From assembly GCA_964016885.1 (NCBI GenBank), contig OZ024756.1, positions 32,550,001 to 32,614,000 of the forward strand: 64,000 nucleotides of DNA, in the 5' to 3' direction. Shown here one piece after another: positions 29,276 to 44,871 of the stretch. The translations under genes were made by a program, and so were the position numbers. Origin of the DNA: Eledone cirrhosa. Lineage: Eukaryota. The notes under the pieces were generated by a model. That model was not told the origin of the DNA and ran no database searches. It was given only the letters and a program-made list of their open reading frames with translations. Within the stretch, counting starts at the first letter, position 1. Each line of letters starts with the position of its first letter.

Positions 29276-29879
29276 CAACGAACTCATTTAACCATCTTTT
29301 GATCTTATATATAATGTATACTCCAGTCCTACAAACTGTAGAGTGCTTCTTATCCGATATCTGCATTGCTTTATTGTACTACAATAAAACTCACCTCCTA
29401 CAAATATATATATATATATAGATATATATATATATATAGATAGATACTTTTCCAAAAAATGTCGCTTTTGTTTAATGTACATATGAATATGATTTCTATT
29501 TTGGTTCCTTCCCTCACACGACTTTCCTGTCTTCAGCCTAAGCAGACATTAGCAGAATATGTTAGCGAAACCTTGTGACCATTATATTCCGTTATAGGTA
29601 TTTTGTATATTTTTTAATCGCTTTACACTAACCGGAAGCGGCAACGTTAATCTTAAATGTTCAACGCTGTCAACTCGAATAAATATAGAGGAAATGGCGA
29701 CTGGAAGTACAAACCTCTTAAATCTTATAGTAATTTTACATTGTCAAATATTTTGGTGAAAGATAGTGAAATGACAAAACGGTCTCAGTGTGAGTGCATG
29801 CACATAATCATAGAGACAACCCCCCCCCCCCACACATATATACATATATACATACATATATACATATACACATATATAT

Positions 29880-29914
<35 letters not shown>

Positions 29915-29949
29915 CTTATATATATATGTATATATACATACATATATAT

Positions 29950-30045
<96 letters not shown>

Positions 30046-30067
30046 ATACATACATTCATATATATAT

Positions 30068-30112
<45 letters not shown>

Positions 30113-30176
30113 CATATATATATACATACATATGTATATATATATATATACATATATATATATGTATATATACATA

Positions 30177-30276
<100 letters not shown>

Positions 30277-30629
30277 CATACTTACATACATATATATATA
30301 TATACAGATATATTAGTACGTGTGTATGTGAAAGAAGACTTTAAATTGCAGGAAGTGTGATGGAGACAAACAAATCGTAGGGGTGGGGTTGGGAGGTAGT
30401 GAGAAGCGCGTTATAATAAGAAAATGGTGATACAATGCCAAATAGTAACGGTGTTAAATACAAAATAAAACTTCTTCTAGTGATTACATTGTATATTGTA
30501 TATATATTAAAGCGACAGACGTTTCTATAAATACAAATGAAAACGTAAATTACATCCTTCTGGCTCATGTTTTCTATAGAAATAAACAAAAATAGATTAA
30601 AATAGAGAAAGGACTTGTTCAACGTCCAT

Positions 30630-30950
30630 GATGTGAGTTCAAATCCCGCCGAGGTTAACTTTGCCTTTCATCCTTACGGGGTGGATAAAATAAAGTACCA
30701 GTAATGCACTGGGATAATTGCTGGTCTTGTGCCAAAAAGTAGAAACAATTATTATTAGTGAATTGGCAGTATCGGTAGAGGGTCGGACGCCATGCTTTCC
30801 AACATAGTTACGTCCCTTTACGGTCTGAGTTCAAATCCCGTCGAGGTTAACTTTACCTTTCATCCTTACCGTGTCGATAAAATAAAAAGTACCAGTAATG
30901 CACTGAGTTATTGCCGGCCTTGTGCCAAAAGCAGAAACAATTATTATTAT
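30630..30950 (+). mobile_element. Two tandem major-family SINE copies, the first 5'-truncated
   Basis: GAGTTCAAATCCCG.CGAGGTTAACTTT...AGTACCAGTAATGCACTG occurs twice. Confidence 0.85.
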
Positions 30951-31711
30951 ATGGGAGACTCAAGAAGGGATAAAAATTGTTACGGAAGAAATGTTCATAA
31001 AGTGACATCGATATATCATAACACTACATGTACTCACTCACACACATGTACCCACTCACACACGCACACACGCACACACGCAGGCCATTAGGTTACACAC
31101 ATGATGATATTTGGATGGGTGCTTGCGTTCATGCATGCATTCAACTCTTTCATTATATCTTCCTATATATGGAAAATATTAGTTTGCGTGCGTGTAATGT
31201 TACATTCATACATATACACAGGTATGTGTATCTACATTATATATATAAATATATATATATATATGGTTGTCAAATATGAAATTTGTAGAGATTCGTAGAA
31301 AAGAAAACAAATTTATACAAATTTCATACTTGACGACCCAATATATATATGAAAGAGAGAGAGAGTGTGAAACTGAACCAAACATGAATATCTAGAAATG
31401 TGCCTATCATTTTGCTCTCCCTTTCTGTCCTTCTTTCCCTCTTATGTTATAGATTTTTGATAGTCTATGTCATCGTTTGTTCCATCAACCATATTTTACA
31501 CTTGGAAATTGTTTTGATTTCCTGAAATACACATCATCTTTTAATTTTATGCTTCACAAAATAGCAATTTGCTCTGCCTTTGTCTTTTCTCAGAAGAGAT
31601 CTTTTCCTCGGCTAAGCAAATCTTTAGCTATTAGCCATAGACGTCAATATTCTTCACAGCTAGCTGTAAGAAAATAAACATTTGTTTCGTTTCCTTAGCT
31701 AAAGGGAAATG

Positions 31712-31776
<65 letters not shown>

Positions 31777-32360
31777 TGTGTGTGTATGACTATATGTTCG
31801 AATTTGTGTGTATTTATTTTTATATGTACGAATGTGTGTGTATCTATGAATATGTGTACTGACGTTTGAATCTATGTATATATATATATATATATGTGTG
31901 TGTACATATATGTATGTGTGTAATGAAACCACGATATTTCTCTAGACAAGTGTTTCACTTGGTGTATTCAAGAGAACAACCATGTGAGGGAAGTTGGCTT
32001 CACTGCAACTGTGAAAGACTATCGAATTTCTTGTGAATATAATTCAAAACCTTGCATTGTTATGTCTTGTGTCATGCTGATTTGGCTTGGAAATTACGTC
32101 AAATGTAAACATAATTAGGGAAACATACATACGTACGTACATACATACAAATATACATATTGGAAGCCAACTGCATATACATATATATTGATATAAAGCA
32201 TATGCACCTGTACAGATATATCTCAAAACATACAGATTCACATATACAATGTTGTCTAAATTCCAATAAAAGAGTCTTGTGTCGATTTCAGAAACCGCGT
32301 TACACTCTATATTGATAAAAAAAATTATAAAACAATGAAACCAGAAGAACATACATACAA

Positions 32361-32390
<30 letters not shown>

Positions 32391-32398
<8 letters not shown>

Positions 32399-32569
32399 GT
32401 GAGTTTTTTTTTACAAAATGAAAAATAACCGAGGTTTCCTACACGAGTGAAAGTATAAAGAAAAAAAGATGAAATCGAAAATGCAACTGGAGTCTTATTT
32501 AAAAAAAAATATATATATATATTTTTTAAAAATAAGACTCCAGTTACATTTTTGATTTCATCTTTTTTT

Positions 32570-32576
<7 letters not shown>
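32391..32576. mobile_element. Fold-back element (~55-bp arms around an AT loop); related copy at 49790-49953
   Basis: AAAGATGAAATCGAAAATGCAACTGGAGTCTTATTT is inverted at 32525-32576. 32391-32495 is the reverse complement of 49849-49953. Confidence 0.7.
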
Positions 32577-32631
<55 letters not shown>

Positions 32632-33324
32632 TTATATATTCGTTCATACATACATATATTCGTACATAGATACATATATATATATATATATATTTGTAGA
32701 TATATACAAACATATACAGGGAGTTCAAAATGTCACAAGACCATTTCAAATTGCAGATTAGTTCATGAATTGCACATCGTCCAAACCAAAGAAGCGGTCA
32801 TAATGAAATCAATTGTCCAGCAGGTTATTTAAATACCAGTAATTTTCAATGGATTCCAAACTATTAATTACACAGAATAAAAATGTAAATTAGTTTGGTT
32901 TTGCGGTAAGGGTTTTGGTTTAATTAGAGTCCACTGTATCTCTAATTCAAATGGTGAACCTTGTCACACACTGCGTTACGTTGAATCCTACTGTGAATTA
33001 CCTTTAAAAAGCACACGTGCTTGTGGAGTGTTCAAATACTTGCACGTTAATTTCACACGCAAGCAGTCCCGTTGATCGAACAACTCAACCATTCGTCGTC
33101 GTAACCGATGGAGGTCCAGTGCAACACACGCCAGCTTGGTGTGACTTTTATCAACTATGTCTGATCCATCTTTCTATGGGTGCTGTATTTACCAATACAA
33201 GGATTTGATTATGTAAAAACTGGCTATTCTTTTCCGAATATTTGAAATTAAATCCTTAATTAAACAAATGATTCGGTTAAAAACGTATTACCATATAAAA
33301 TATCCATTTCCCTACTTCACCCCC

Positions 33325-34152
33325 TTTTCATCATCATCATCATCATCACTACCATAATTATTATCATCATCATCAACATCATCATTACCATCATTATTAC
33401 CATCATCATAACCACCATCATCATCATCACTACCACTACCACCATCATCAACATCACTACCATCATCATCTTCACCAATACCACTACCATCAACATCACT
33501 ACCACTACCATCATCATCAACATCACTACCACCACCATCATCATCTACATCACTACCACCACCATCATAATCTACATCACTACCACCACCACCATCAACA
33601 TCACTACCACCACCATCATCATCTACATCACTACCACCGCCACCATCAACATCACTACCACCACCATCATCATTTACATCATACCCATCACTATCACTAC
33701 CACCATCATCGACATCACTATCACTAACATCATTATCTTCATCATAGCCATCACTACCACCACCACCACCATCAACTTCACTACACCTACCACCATCATC
33801 ATCATCACTACCACCATCACTAGCACCACCATCAACATCACTACCACCACCATCAACATCACTACCACCACCATCAACATCACCACCACCACCATCAACT
33901 TCACTACCACTACCACCATCATCATCATCACTACCACCATCACTAGCACCACCATCAACATCACTACCACCACCATCAACATCACTACCACCACCACCAT
34001 CATCACCATCACTACCACCATCACCACTGCCACCATCAATACTACCACCACCACCACCATCATCAACACCACTACAACCACCATCATCACTACCACCACC
34101 ACCATCAACACCACATCACAACCACTACCATCATCATCATCATCATCACCAC
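33325..34152. repeat. (CAT/CAC/CAA)n low-complexity tract with an ACCACCATCAACATCACT sub-period
   Basis: Direct inspection. Confidence 0.95.
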
Positions 34153-36741
34153 AATCTTTATTCACAGAAGTAGCTATGCACTCGTTTCGTTTTTCTTTTT
34201 CCTTTAGTTTCCTTCTGTATTCCATGGTTAATCTTCATAAATCTCTCCTATATCACTTTATCTCTCCATCCTTATGAGCAAAGTTCATTAGACAAATGTA
34301 AATCATTAAAATCAAAATATATAATATTATAAAATACATAAAGTCGTACATCAAATTGGTTCGGATGACAAAATAGTGGAGGCAAATAATTTCATATAAA
34401 GCCCAAGGATTTATTTAGTAAGAAAGGAAGGAAGAAGAAGAGAGGAAAGGAGAGGAGAGGAAAATGGGAGAACGAGAGAAAGAAAGTGATAGAGGAATGG
34501 ATATAAGGATGGACGAAAGAGAGGTAGAAATGTAGAAAGGAAGGAAAAAAGTGGAAGTAAAGATGAAAAACCGAGAGGGAGAGAAAAAAAGAAGAAAATA
34601 TCGGGAAGAACGGATGAGTGAGAGGGAAGAACGAGATGGGAAAGTGGGAAAGAGAGGGAGAAGGATTGAGAAGGAAGGGTGGTGGAAGGAAGAGGAGATA
34701 AAAAAAAGAATACACGAAGAATGAATAGATTAGAAGTAAATGAAGGTAATCTGAGAGGAATAGGGTGTGGGTGGGGGAGAAAATCGAAACGATAGAAAGA
34801 AATGATGAGACGGGAAGGAAAAAAGAAGCAGATCATGAAAGGAAAGAGTGGGAAAGAAAGCAAGTATGGAAATGAACAATATAAGAGGGGGAAGAAATGA
34901 ATTGGAATCAAATATAATTGAAAATAAAATGAAAATTTTAAAACACGGACTAAGAAACAAAAAAGTTTGAATTGGTGCACCAAAGAAGAACCAACCAAGA
35001 TATGAAAGATTTGATAACCATGGATTCAGAATGGAATAAAATATGAGCAAAAATCTCAAAAAATTAAAATAGATTATTTTATCTCTTATCTTTATTTTGC
35101 GGCACCTCAAATCGAAAATAATACAAATTGTAATAAGAAAATATTGAAAAATTTAAAAATAATGAAAAATAATTAGTTAAGAGTCAGCTTAAAGATCTTA
35201 GATCTAATCTCTTTCAAGAAAGATGTGTTATATTCGTAGTCCTAGATTGCACTTTATTAACAATGCAACTGTTTTAATTAGGAAATTGCGCAAAAAGGTT
35301 AACGGCTATTTTTATTTATTTATACATTTATTTATACATTTATTTATACATTTATTTTATTAATTGTTTATTTGGTTGCTTAGTTTCTATTCATTATTTC
35401 TAAAATTGTTTATCTAAATTAGTTATTGTAAAGAAGAATGAAAGAATTGAAATGAAAAAAAAAAATGTTATTGATAGAAATGTAAAAATGAAACTTTTAA
35501 AACGTGTTGAAAATAGCTGAGTAGATAAGTTCTTTGTTTTTTTTGTATCGGACAAACGAAGCGAATGGTCAGTGGTTCAAATACTGATGGAATTTTGTTT
35601 TTGTTGTTCTTCTTCATCCTTCAATTGAGCTCACCTTCACTTCAGAAGTCATGTGTTCAAATGTATTTTAACTGTAGCCGTAACGATATATATTCAGATA
35701 TGTTGTATCTAGGTATTTATTATCAAATATTTCCATCGAAATTCTTAAACATAACCATGCCTACAATACTTAGGATAGTTAGGATTCTTAGTGAAATCAT
35801 ATGGACTCGTGGTAGGGTCTATGGGCACACGATTTTAAATTCGTGCCTTTGATTATTGGAAGAGGGTTCGCGTTGTGTTCGTGAGAGAGACGTTTCATTT
35901 CACGCTACTTTTTACGATAAAACCGGGGCACATATCATTTAAAAACATCCGAGGAACCTCATATGAAATGCAACCTCTTAGGAGACCCTCTAAACCTACA
36001 TAAGTATCGTACCCCTTTGCTGTGCATGATAGTACTGAGACTCCTCTCATTAAAATATTGAGAACCCACCTTTGAGATAAAAACATGTCAGACCATCTAT
36101 ATTTGCATATATATGTTTGAGTTGTAAACATCATGTTTTCAATTTCGTAGGATTATTACGTAAATAACTATTGTCGTAAGTGTATGATTGGCCAAATATG
36201 ACAGTAATGATGATATTATATGGATGCGAATGGTGATGTTTATGATGTTAATGGTGACGGCGATGATTATAATATAGTTGATTATTATCATGGTATGTAT
36301 TGTTCATGATAATGATGATGATGATGGTATTAAGCTAGCAGTGATTGTACGTTCACACTCTCTCTCGCCCTCTCCCTCTGTGATCACGTTGCTTAGATGT
36401 CTGTCACTAATAATTACACATAGAAACATACACACCCTGATATAAATAAAGTCATTACTCTCCTCAGTTTTCTTAATACCGTCTGCCAGTGATATAATTA
36501 ATTAATTTAATCCTTATCATACTGATTGTTGTCTTCTGATATTGATGTTGGTTTTGATAATTTCCTCAAGATCAATTGTAGGTTAACATAAATAGCTACG
36601 TCTGTGTTCATGGTTGGTTAGTGTTTGTAAGTTAATGGAATCTCTTGATCGATTGGTGCTTCACACAACTACACACACATACACAAGGAAGCACAGACAG
36701 AGGGCATATATATATATATATATGTATATATATAGAGAGAG

Positions 36742-36786
<45 letters not shown>

Positions 36787-36901
36787 TATAGAGAGAGATG
36801 TGAGACAGAGAGGACATAAAGAGAGAGAGAGATGTGAGACAGAGAGGACATAGAGACATAGAGAGAGAGAGAGAGAGAGAGAGATGTGAGACAGAGAGGA
36901 C

Positions 36902-36968
<67 letters not shown>

Positions 36969-37113
36969 TAGGTAGGATACAGGAATATAGAAACTGATAT
37001 ATAGAGATGGAGACAGATTAATTGAGAAAAACATACAGTTAGGCGTAGTGGGATTTAGAGAAAGAGTTCCAGTGGGTATATATATATATATATATGAGAG
37101 AGATAGAGATAGA

Positions 37114-37295
37114 TATATAGAGGAACATACAGGGAGGATAATGATATATAGATACAAACATACAGAGAGAGGTGAAGATAGATGGATAGATAGATAGGAA
37201 GATAGATACGTAGACAGTTATATAGAGGAACATACAGGGAGGATAATGATATATAGATATAAGCATACAGAGAGAGGTGAAGATAGATGGATAGG
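37114..37295. repeat. ~105-bp tandem duplication within purine-rich simple repeats
   Basis: TATATAGAGGAACATACAGGGAGGATAATGATATATAGAT...GAGGTGAAGATAGATGGATAG occurs twice. Confidence 0.75.
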
Positions 37296-37775
37296 CAGAT
37301 ACATAGATGGAGAGATACTTAGACAGTTAATGTGCGATAGGGAAGGAGAGAAAGGGAAGGAACTAAAAGTGAATGAAATGAGTTTGAGAGGTGTAAGAAA
37401 TATCAATTCTTTTCGGTGAATCCCGATGACTTGACTAGAAAAGCAATTCCTTTAGAGCCTAATCAAGCCAGTCTATCGATATATTACTAGCTAGACGTCA
37501 AAACGATCATATCTTGTAATCAATCATTTTACCTTCAACTTGTGAGATGTTCCTGCCAAAGAGATCGACTATTAGGAAAGTTTGCTGCTTTCACCAAGTA
37601 TAATTCAATTTGCAAATGCGTCCACCATTGCAAAATTTATTCAGCATCGCAACGTGAAGTAATAAAATGGCGTATTCCTGCATCTATCCCTCTCTACAGC
37701 CATCGATCCATTCCATACTTTTCCATCTTACGTCCTTTTTTTCTCTCACATCCAATTCTTTAGAAATTCACATCA

Positions 37776-37862
<87 letters not shown>

Positions 37863-38010
37863 CAATGAAAGTAAATACACAATTACCATTACTAAAAGAA
37901 CGATGAAAAAAAAAAACCTTTCAAATAAGACACACGTTACACTCACACTCACACACACACGTATATGTATATATACATATATATCAGTATCTATATATAT
38001 GTATGCATGT

Positions 38011-38041
<31 letters not shown>

Positions 38042-38307
38042 TATGCATAGTATATATATATGTATGCCTGTGTATGTATAGTATATGTGTGTATGCATGT
38101 GTATGTATAGTATATATATGTATGCATGTGTATGTATAGTATATATATGTATGCATGTGTATGTACAGTATATATATGTGTGTGTATGTATATAGATATG
38201 TTTGCATGTGTATGTATAGTATATATATGTGTGTATTTATATGTATATATACGTATGCATGTATATGTATATATATGTATGCATGCGTATGTATATATAT
38301 ATATATG

Positions 38308-38345
<38 letters not shown>

Positions 38346-38725
38346 CACATATATATGTGTGTGTGTGTGTGTGTGTGTATATCTTCCTTTACCTTCGCTT
38401 ATATTAAGGGTCGTTGACGATAATCAATGACGAAGTGTGATAGACGCCATTGTTGTCGTCCACCCCCAGCCCCCATACACATATATACACATCCTTTCGT
38501 GTTAAACGTTGGCTGTGCTGATATGTGTTTTTGAAACAGTCTAGTCGTCTGAGCGTCTACATCAAGATGTAGACACTTTGTAACATTTAAATTGAATAGT
38601 AAATAAAAAGGACCCCCCCCCCCCCCCATCAATGCACTATAACTCTTTTCCAAAGATTTTCCTCACCTTCTGTAATAGTGAAACACTTATGTAGAACCGA
38701 CATGCGTTAAAACGTAGTATGATAC

Positions 38726-38808
<83 letters not shown>

Positions 38809-40032
38809 AAAAACATTCTAGTATATTATACTTCATACAACTTATGCGTTATTTATGTTTAGTATAAATATATATAAAGATCCGTGGAGTCAGGATATGG
38901 TGTGGAAATAACGATATCGTAATTTCGATTTCTGGATTGTGCATTAAGTTGTGTTGTTGTGTATGGGTTTATCTCAGGCTTTTGTTTGTTTTTCATGATA
39001 GGACCAGCGCCCCTTATCACTCGAGAAATCTCCTATAAAATGCAGCTTCGTATGAGACCAACTAAACCGCCTAACGTAAATTTCATTTCAGTTTCAAATA
39101 TATCAATCTTATAATTGAAGCTTCATACGAAGTATGCGCGATCGTTTTTGCTTAATACTTATTAAAAAAGAACATAATATGCATCAGTATAATGTATATT
39201 TTGATCACTGCTGAAAATCACTAAAAGGGTAATAGGCAATAGAATGTAGCAATCGATAATTTTCGTAGAAAATTGTGTTCATCAATATTTTACAGGATTG
39301 GTACTAATAGACAGATCATTTGTTGTTGTTTTCTCTAATTTTCTCTATTATTTCCTTCCAGCTAATTAGAACATTCCTCAGATGGTTATTGTAGTTTTTC
39401 TCCCATGAAGAAATAGACTTTCGTTTTGAGATTACCTTATTTTTCCAAACAATTAATTTCGTATTAAATCCAGCAAATGCCGAGGAATTAATTCGATAAT
39501 ACTTCTATCTTTATTATTACCAATTGCCTCCGTTTATTTCACAATGAAAAATGTTCTTGAAAAAGAGATTAATTCCTGAGTATTTAAGATAATCCTGATA
39601 CGGTTTTGTTTTTTTTAATTGGAATACTCCATAGTTCTTGGCAATTTAAAGATAAGACATTTTATTCAGAAGTTAAGCAGAAAAATAATACAGCATCATA
39701 CTTTTACAGATCCATGGCAAATGACAAGGATATTTACATACCAAAATTTAGGTTTGACAATTGTTAATGCTTCGATACTATTTTCAGTACAATCAATCGG
39801 GTCATTTTAACTTTAGCATGTGCTCAAATTGTTCATTTAGACGTAAGCGTGTGGTCTACCTGGTGTTTAATTCATAACATGTGATCTAAAAAGAAGAGAA
39901 AACATCTGACGTTTCAGGTTAAAATATTTATCGCATCAGAGTAAAAGAGGAAAAGTGTTAAGTTATGAATTACATCTGTCTCCGTTGTATACATCCTGTA
40001 TATTTGGGTAGATATCATATCTATCTATCTAT

Positions 40033-40199
<167 letters not shown>

Positions 40200-41236
40200 T
40201 GGTGAGGTATAAATATTGTTAATCTTATGCAGAAATTCTCGCCATTGCAAATTACCACCATCACACACACCACCATTTGTTTTCTGATTGATCACAAAAA
40301 CACTGTAGAGAGATTAGTAGCGACATAAAACACGTAAACCAAATTTAATAGTCCGGAAATTTTCCCAAACTACTCTATCAATAACTCATTATGTAGAACT
40401 GTAAGTTCCAATTTTGATGGTTCCCAAGAAAAATATATAGAGCAGCATTAGATTAATCGAATTATTAATGTATATGTTTTTTGTTGTTGTTTTCTTTTTG
40501 CGTAATCGATTCCTGTCGATTCTTGTCCATATTAAATAAATTGAAGTCACTTGCTGAAGGTCAATCCAATTTTTCTAATATTCTAAGCAAAAAATCGATA
40601 TTAAAAGTATTTCAACGTTTGCAATAAGACAAATTAAACAACACCAACAATAATAAATAAAAGGGGAAAAGAGCATGTATAATATGTGTGTCAAGTTTTA
40701 GTTTCAAGAAATAAAACGGACATTTTTTTTGTTTTGTTTTGTTTTGTTTTGTTTTGTTTTGTATATTTCATTTATTTTATATATTTAATTTTTTATGTTT
40801 TTATTTTGTTTTATACATGTTTCTAGTGGAAACTGTTTGATTGTAACGTTGATTGATTACTTGTCAGTGGGGGAAAACATAAGGGTTGACATTGAGAGAT
40901 AGACAGGTAGAGATGGACAGGTGGAAGAGAGAGGTAGAGAAGAAGAAAGAGAGAGAAATCAAGGTGGAAAGTTAGGTATTCAGAGAGCTATAAATATGTG
41001 TCTGCGAGAGACAGGGAAATATAAGATAATGAAGTAGTGAAATAAAAATAGAGAGCAATATGGTTATATAGGCACACAGGAATATAAGAATATGAAAGAG
41101 GAGATGAAAAATTATAAAAGACAGAAATTTGTGGGAGAAAGAGAGAGTAATATTCATAGAATGTTAGATATCGTGAGAGAGAGAGAGAGAGTGAGAGAGA
41201 AACGGAGTAATATACATACAGAGTAATTGTGGTAGT

Positions 41237-41301
<65 letters not shown>

Positions 41302-41934
41302 GAAAGAGAGAGAATAATATAGAGAGTATATATATATATATATATATGAGTGAGATAGATACAGAGACAAAGAGAGTAATAGGCATACAAAGTAATTATG
41401 AGATATACATATATATATAGAGAGAGAGAGACAGAAAGAGTAATAGCCATAGAGAGTAATTTTGAGAGAGTGAGAGAAAGAAAGAGAAAGAGAGGATGCA
41501 AAAAATATACGCAGATATTGGAAGAAGCGAAACATAGACAGAAGAGGAGTAATCTTCCCATTATCTTGTACAATATCAACCAAGTATACGAATGAAGCTG
41601 TTTTTGTTTTCTTAAACAAGAATAGTTTTAGCTAGTCGTTGTAATTGTTGGTACGTTTAAAACAGTGTTTGGGAAAGCGTTAGAACCCCGGATGTAATGC
41701 AGGGTAATATTTATTCCGGTAACATGGCTTCTGTATTTGAATATCTCACCTTTCATGATTTCAGTGTTGATAAGTAGAATACTAGAGTAATGTTTGGCTT
41801 GAACAAGTAGTTGGTGCCGGACGGGATACTGAAAGAAACACAAAATAAATGTATCAGTGTGTGTGTAAGGAATGCCAGATATAGATATATAAAAAGTACA
41901 TGATAAAATGACAAGTCAATCAATCATATTGGTG

Positions 41935-42195
41935 GCCTCCCCACAGCCCCGGCGGACAGAATGGAGAAGGCTTTTTCCCCGGAGGGCGGTAAGGGAGCCG
42001 CGCTGGAAGAGCTATTCCACCTCGCGAAGCACACATCTGCGGCTGGCCAGATCAGCGCCTATGGGGGCGAGTAGGGAGGTATCCCTAGGGCCGAGGACAC
42101 CAGAAGTTTCCAACGCCAAGGGTACGACCGCAAACCTGTCGGAGAGTGGCCGGTATTTGGAGAGTTTGGCCTCCTCAGGCCGACGTGCAACAGGG
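41935..42195 (-). mobile_element. Second CRE-like non-LTR retrotransposon 3' fragment (RLE C-terminus, with a stop codon)
   Basis: EEAKLSKYRPLSDRFAVVPLALETSGVLGPR..SLL..IGADLASRRC.LREVE*LFQR.S..ALRG. K..KY...F.P.A.ET.G motif; homologous to 11975-12175. Confidence 0.72.
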
Positions 42196-42700
42196 AGATT
42201 TTTCTGGCTCTTTGATTTGAGTGGTCGTGGTATATGTAGATGGTAGAGGAAATCCGTGACCCTGTTTGACACCAGCATACTTGGTGGATGTTAGCGGTGC
42301 CTACTTTTTTGTCTACATTGAAACCAGATATCTAACTTCAGGTGAACATCTTATTCCAGTTTGGGAAGACTCAGATAACAAACATGGTCACTGTTCTTCC
42401 TGATTTAAGCGATGAAAAAAGAGAATATTACATTAATTTTCGTAAATATAAATGTCATCAAATATTGTTGATAACAATGTATAAACATACTAAGCACGCA
42501 ATATACTACTTTGCGATCAATTCAAAATGCCCGCCAGAGATCGTGTTGTGAGCGGTTTTATTAGTTTGAAACAATTGTAATCCAGTCACACACATATAGC
42601 ACCCACACACATACTCTACCCTCCCCCGCCCCTCTCTCTCTATCGCTATGTTTACCTCTGCACTCCAATTACTCTGTATATATATTACTCTCTCTCTCTC

Positions 42701-42758
<58 letters not shown>

Positions 42759-43254
42759 TCTCTCTCTCGCTATGTTTACTACTCAACCACGATTACTCTC
42801 TGTACGTATACATGAGTCTCTTTCTCTGTGTTTTTGCACGTCTATATGTGTATGTACTTAAAATCGTACATGTGTGTCAGTTATTTTATTCAATTTTTTT
42901 AAATACTATTGAACTGTCTGCATCATATAAGTTGATTACAATATACTTTAAATTTTCTTTATTTTTCAGGTAAGTTGACTGCAATTTTCATTAACTGAGT
43001 CTCTAACAGTAAGTGCATAATTTAATTTTATTAATATCATATTAGAAATATCTGGATATTATTACTGTGTTGTGATTTGATTTCTTCATAAATTTCTACC
43101 AAACTTAATTTCTATCCTTTACAAACAAAATATTTATTTTGGATAATATATAATACTATTATATACAATAGAGAATAAATTCAGTGTTCAGTCATTTAAA
43201 TTATAATCCTATAGAATTATGTTTAGAATCTCTGTATTCAGCAAACAGTACTCA

Positions 43255-43345
43255 ATACAGATAGGAAAGTATATATATATATAAATACAGATAGGAAAGT
43301 ATATATATATATAAATACAGATAGGAAAGTATATATATATATAAA
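43255..43345. repeat. 30-bp x3 tandem repeat AATACAGATAGGAAAGTATATATATATATA
   Basis: Direct inspection. Confidence 0.85.
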
Positions 43346-43828
43346 TGAATATTTAAACTCTACTTCGATATTGAGTACCCTTTTCTGTCAATCTGCAACC
43401 ACATACGGATATATATATATATATGTAGTGAGAGATAGATAGAGAGTTGCACAACATTGTATGACGCATACCCCAACAAAATCTGACATGGTTTATATAC
43501 GCATATGTCATCTGTATCTGTTTAAATTGCTTACCTTCCACTGTGAATATATGTTTGTATTTAACCAGAGGATTGAAAAAGCATACAAAGTGGAAAATAT
43601 AGAAATAATCACAACTTTTGTTTAGACGGTGTAACATTCCAAAATAAACAGACACACACACACACACACATACATATATATGTATATATGTATATATATA
43701 TGTGTATATATATATATGTGTGTATATATATATATATGTGTGTATATATATATGTGTATATATATATCTATATATATATATATGTATATATATATAAATA
43801 TATATGTATATATACATATATATAAATA

Positions 43829-43886
<58 letters not shown>

Positions 43887-43980
43887 TGTGTGTGTGTGTG
43901 TGTATACATGTGTGTGTGTGTGTATATATACATGTGTGTGTGTGTGTATATATATATATGTGTGTGTGTGTATATATATA

Positions 43981-44034
<54 letters not shown>

Positions 44035-44793
44035 TAAAAAGAGAAAGAGAGACAGAGAGAAAAGATATTGTGATATAACAACCGACATTTACGTAGTGAC
44101 AATATCTATAGCAGAACGTCGTAATGTATCATATTCCTCCAAAGAATCTGATACATTACATGCCGGATTAAAGAGTATATGTAAGACTTTTTGGCTTATC
44201 TGTCAGTGTTTATGCTATGTAACATTTACTGATATTTGTTGAAATAAATCCTTGTATTAATCTCTGTGAGAGATGTCACCTGCACATTTGGAATAGAAAT
44301 ACATAAATCTGAAGAACTAACTTAGAAAAAAATAATTCTTCATATTGTCACGTCGACATAATATATACGATTCTATAAACACGGAGACGCAATCACACAT
44401 ACGCATGAAAAGATAACAACGCAAATATAAAATCAAATACACATACATACATCTACACACACACATTCACGTACATGCCATTTCAATTGATATTTACCGA
44501 CCCAGGTTTTTATAAACAGAAATATATGCATTTGTAGGTGTATACTCACAGTTATAGACACACATTATTTAAGAAGAATATATATATTTCTATAAATATA
44601 TGTGAATATACATGCGCATCTCATATTGGTAACAATGTTCGGCTCAGGAACATATGGTCCTTGTTTCAATTACTGGTTAGGGTCATATTTTATGTTCTTG
44701 AAGATGGTACTTCATTTCACGTTGTCTTTCAGAATAGTGGTTTCTCTTTAAAATTGTCGAGAACCAATTAGTTTCAACCTCATTGTTGTCAAC

Positions 44794-44871
<78 letters not shown>

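Larger units (their letters stand above)
28980..29306. mobile_element. Fold-back element (~154-bp arms, ~19-bp loop) with an HHR in each arm, next to (AT)n
   Basis: Arms 28980-29133 and 29153-29306 are near-perfect reverse complements. Confidence 0.85.

Noticed and set aside
32714-32830. Tc1/mariner-like TIR (TACAGGGAGTTCAAAA)
   Set aside because: No partner TIR or transposase remnant found.
42955-43020. Splice-like signals (TTTTTCAG GTAAG, CAGTAAGT)
   Set aside because: No supportable exon or reading frame; such motifs are expected by chance in AT-rich DNA.
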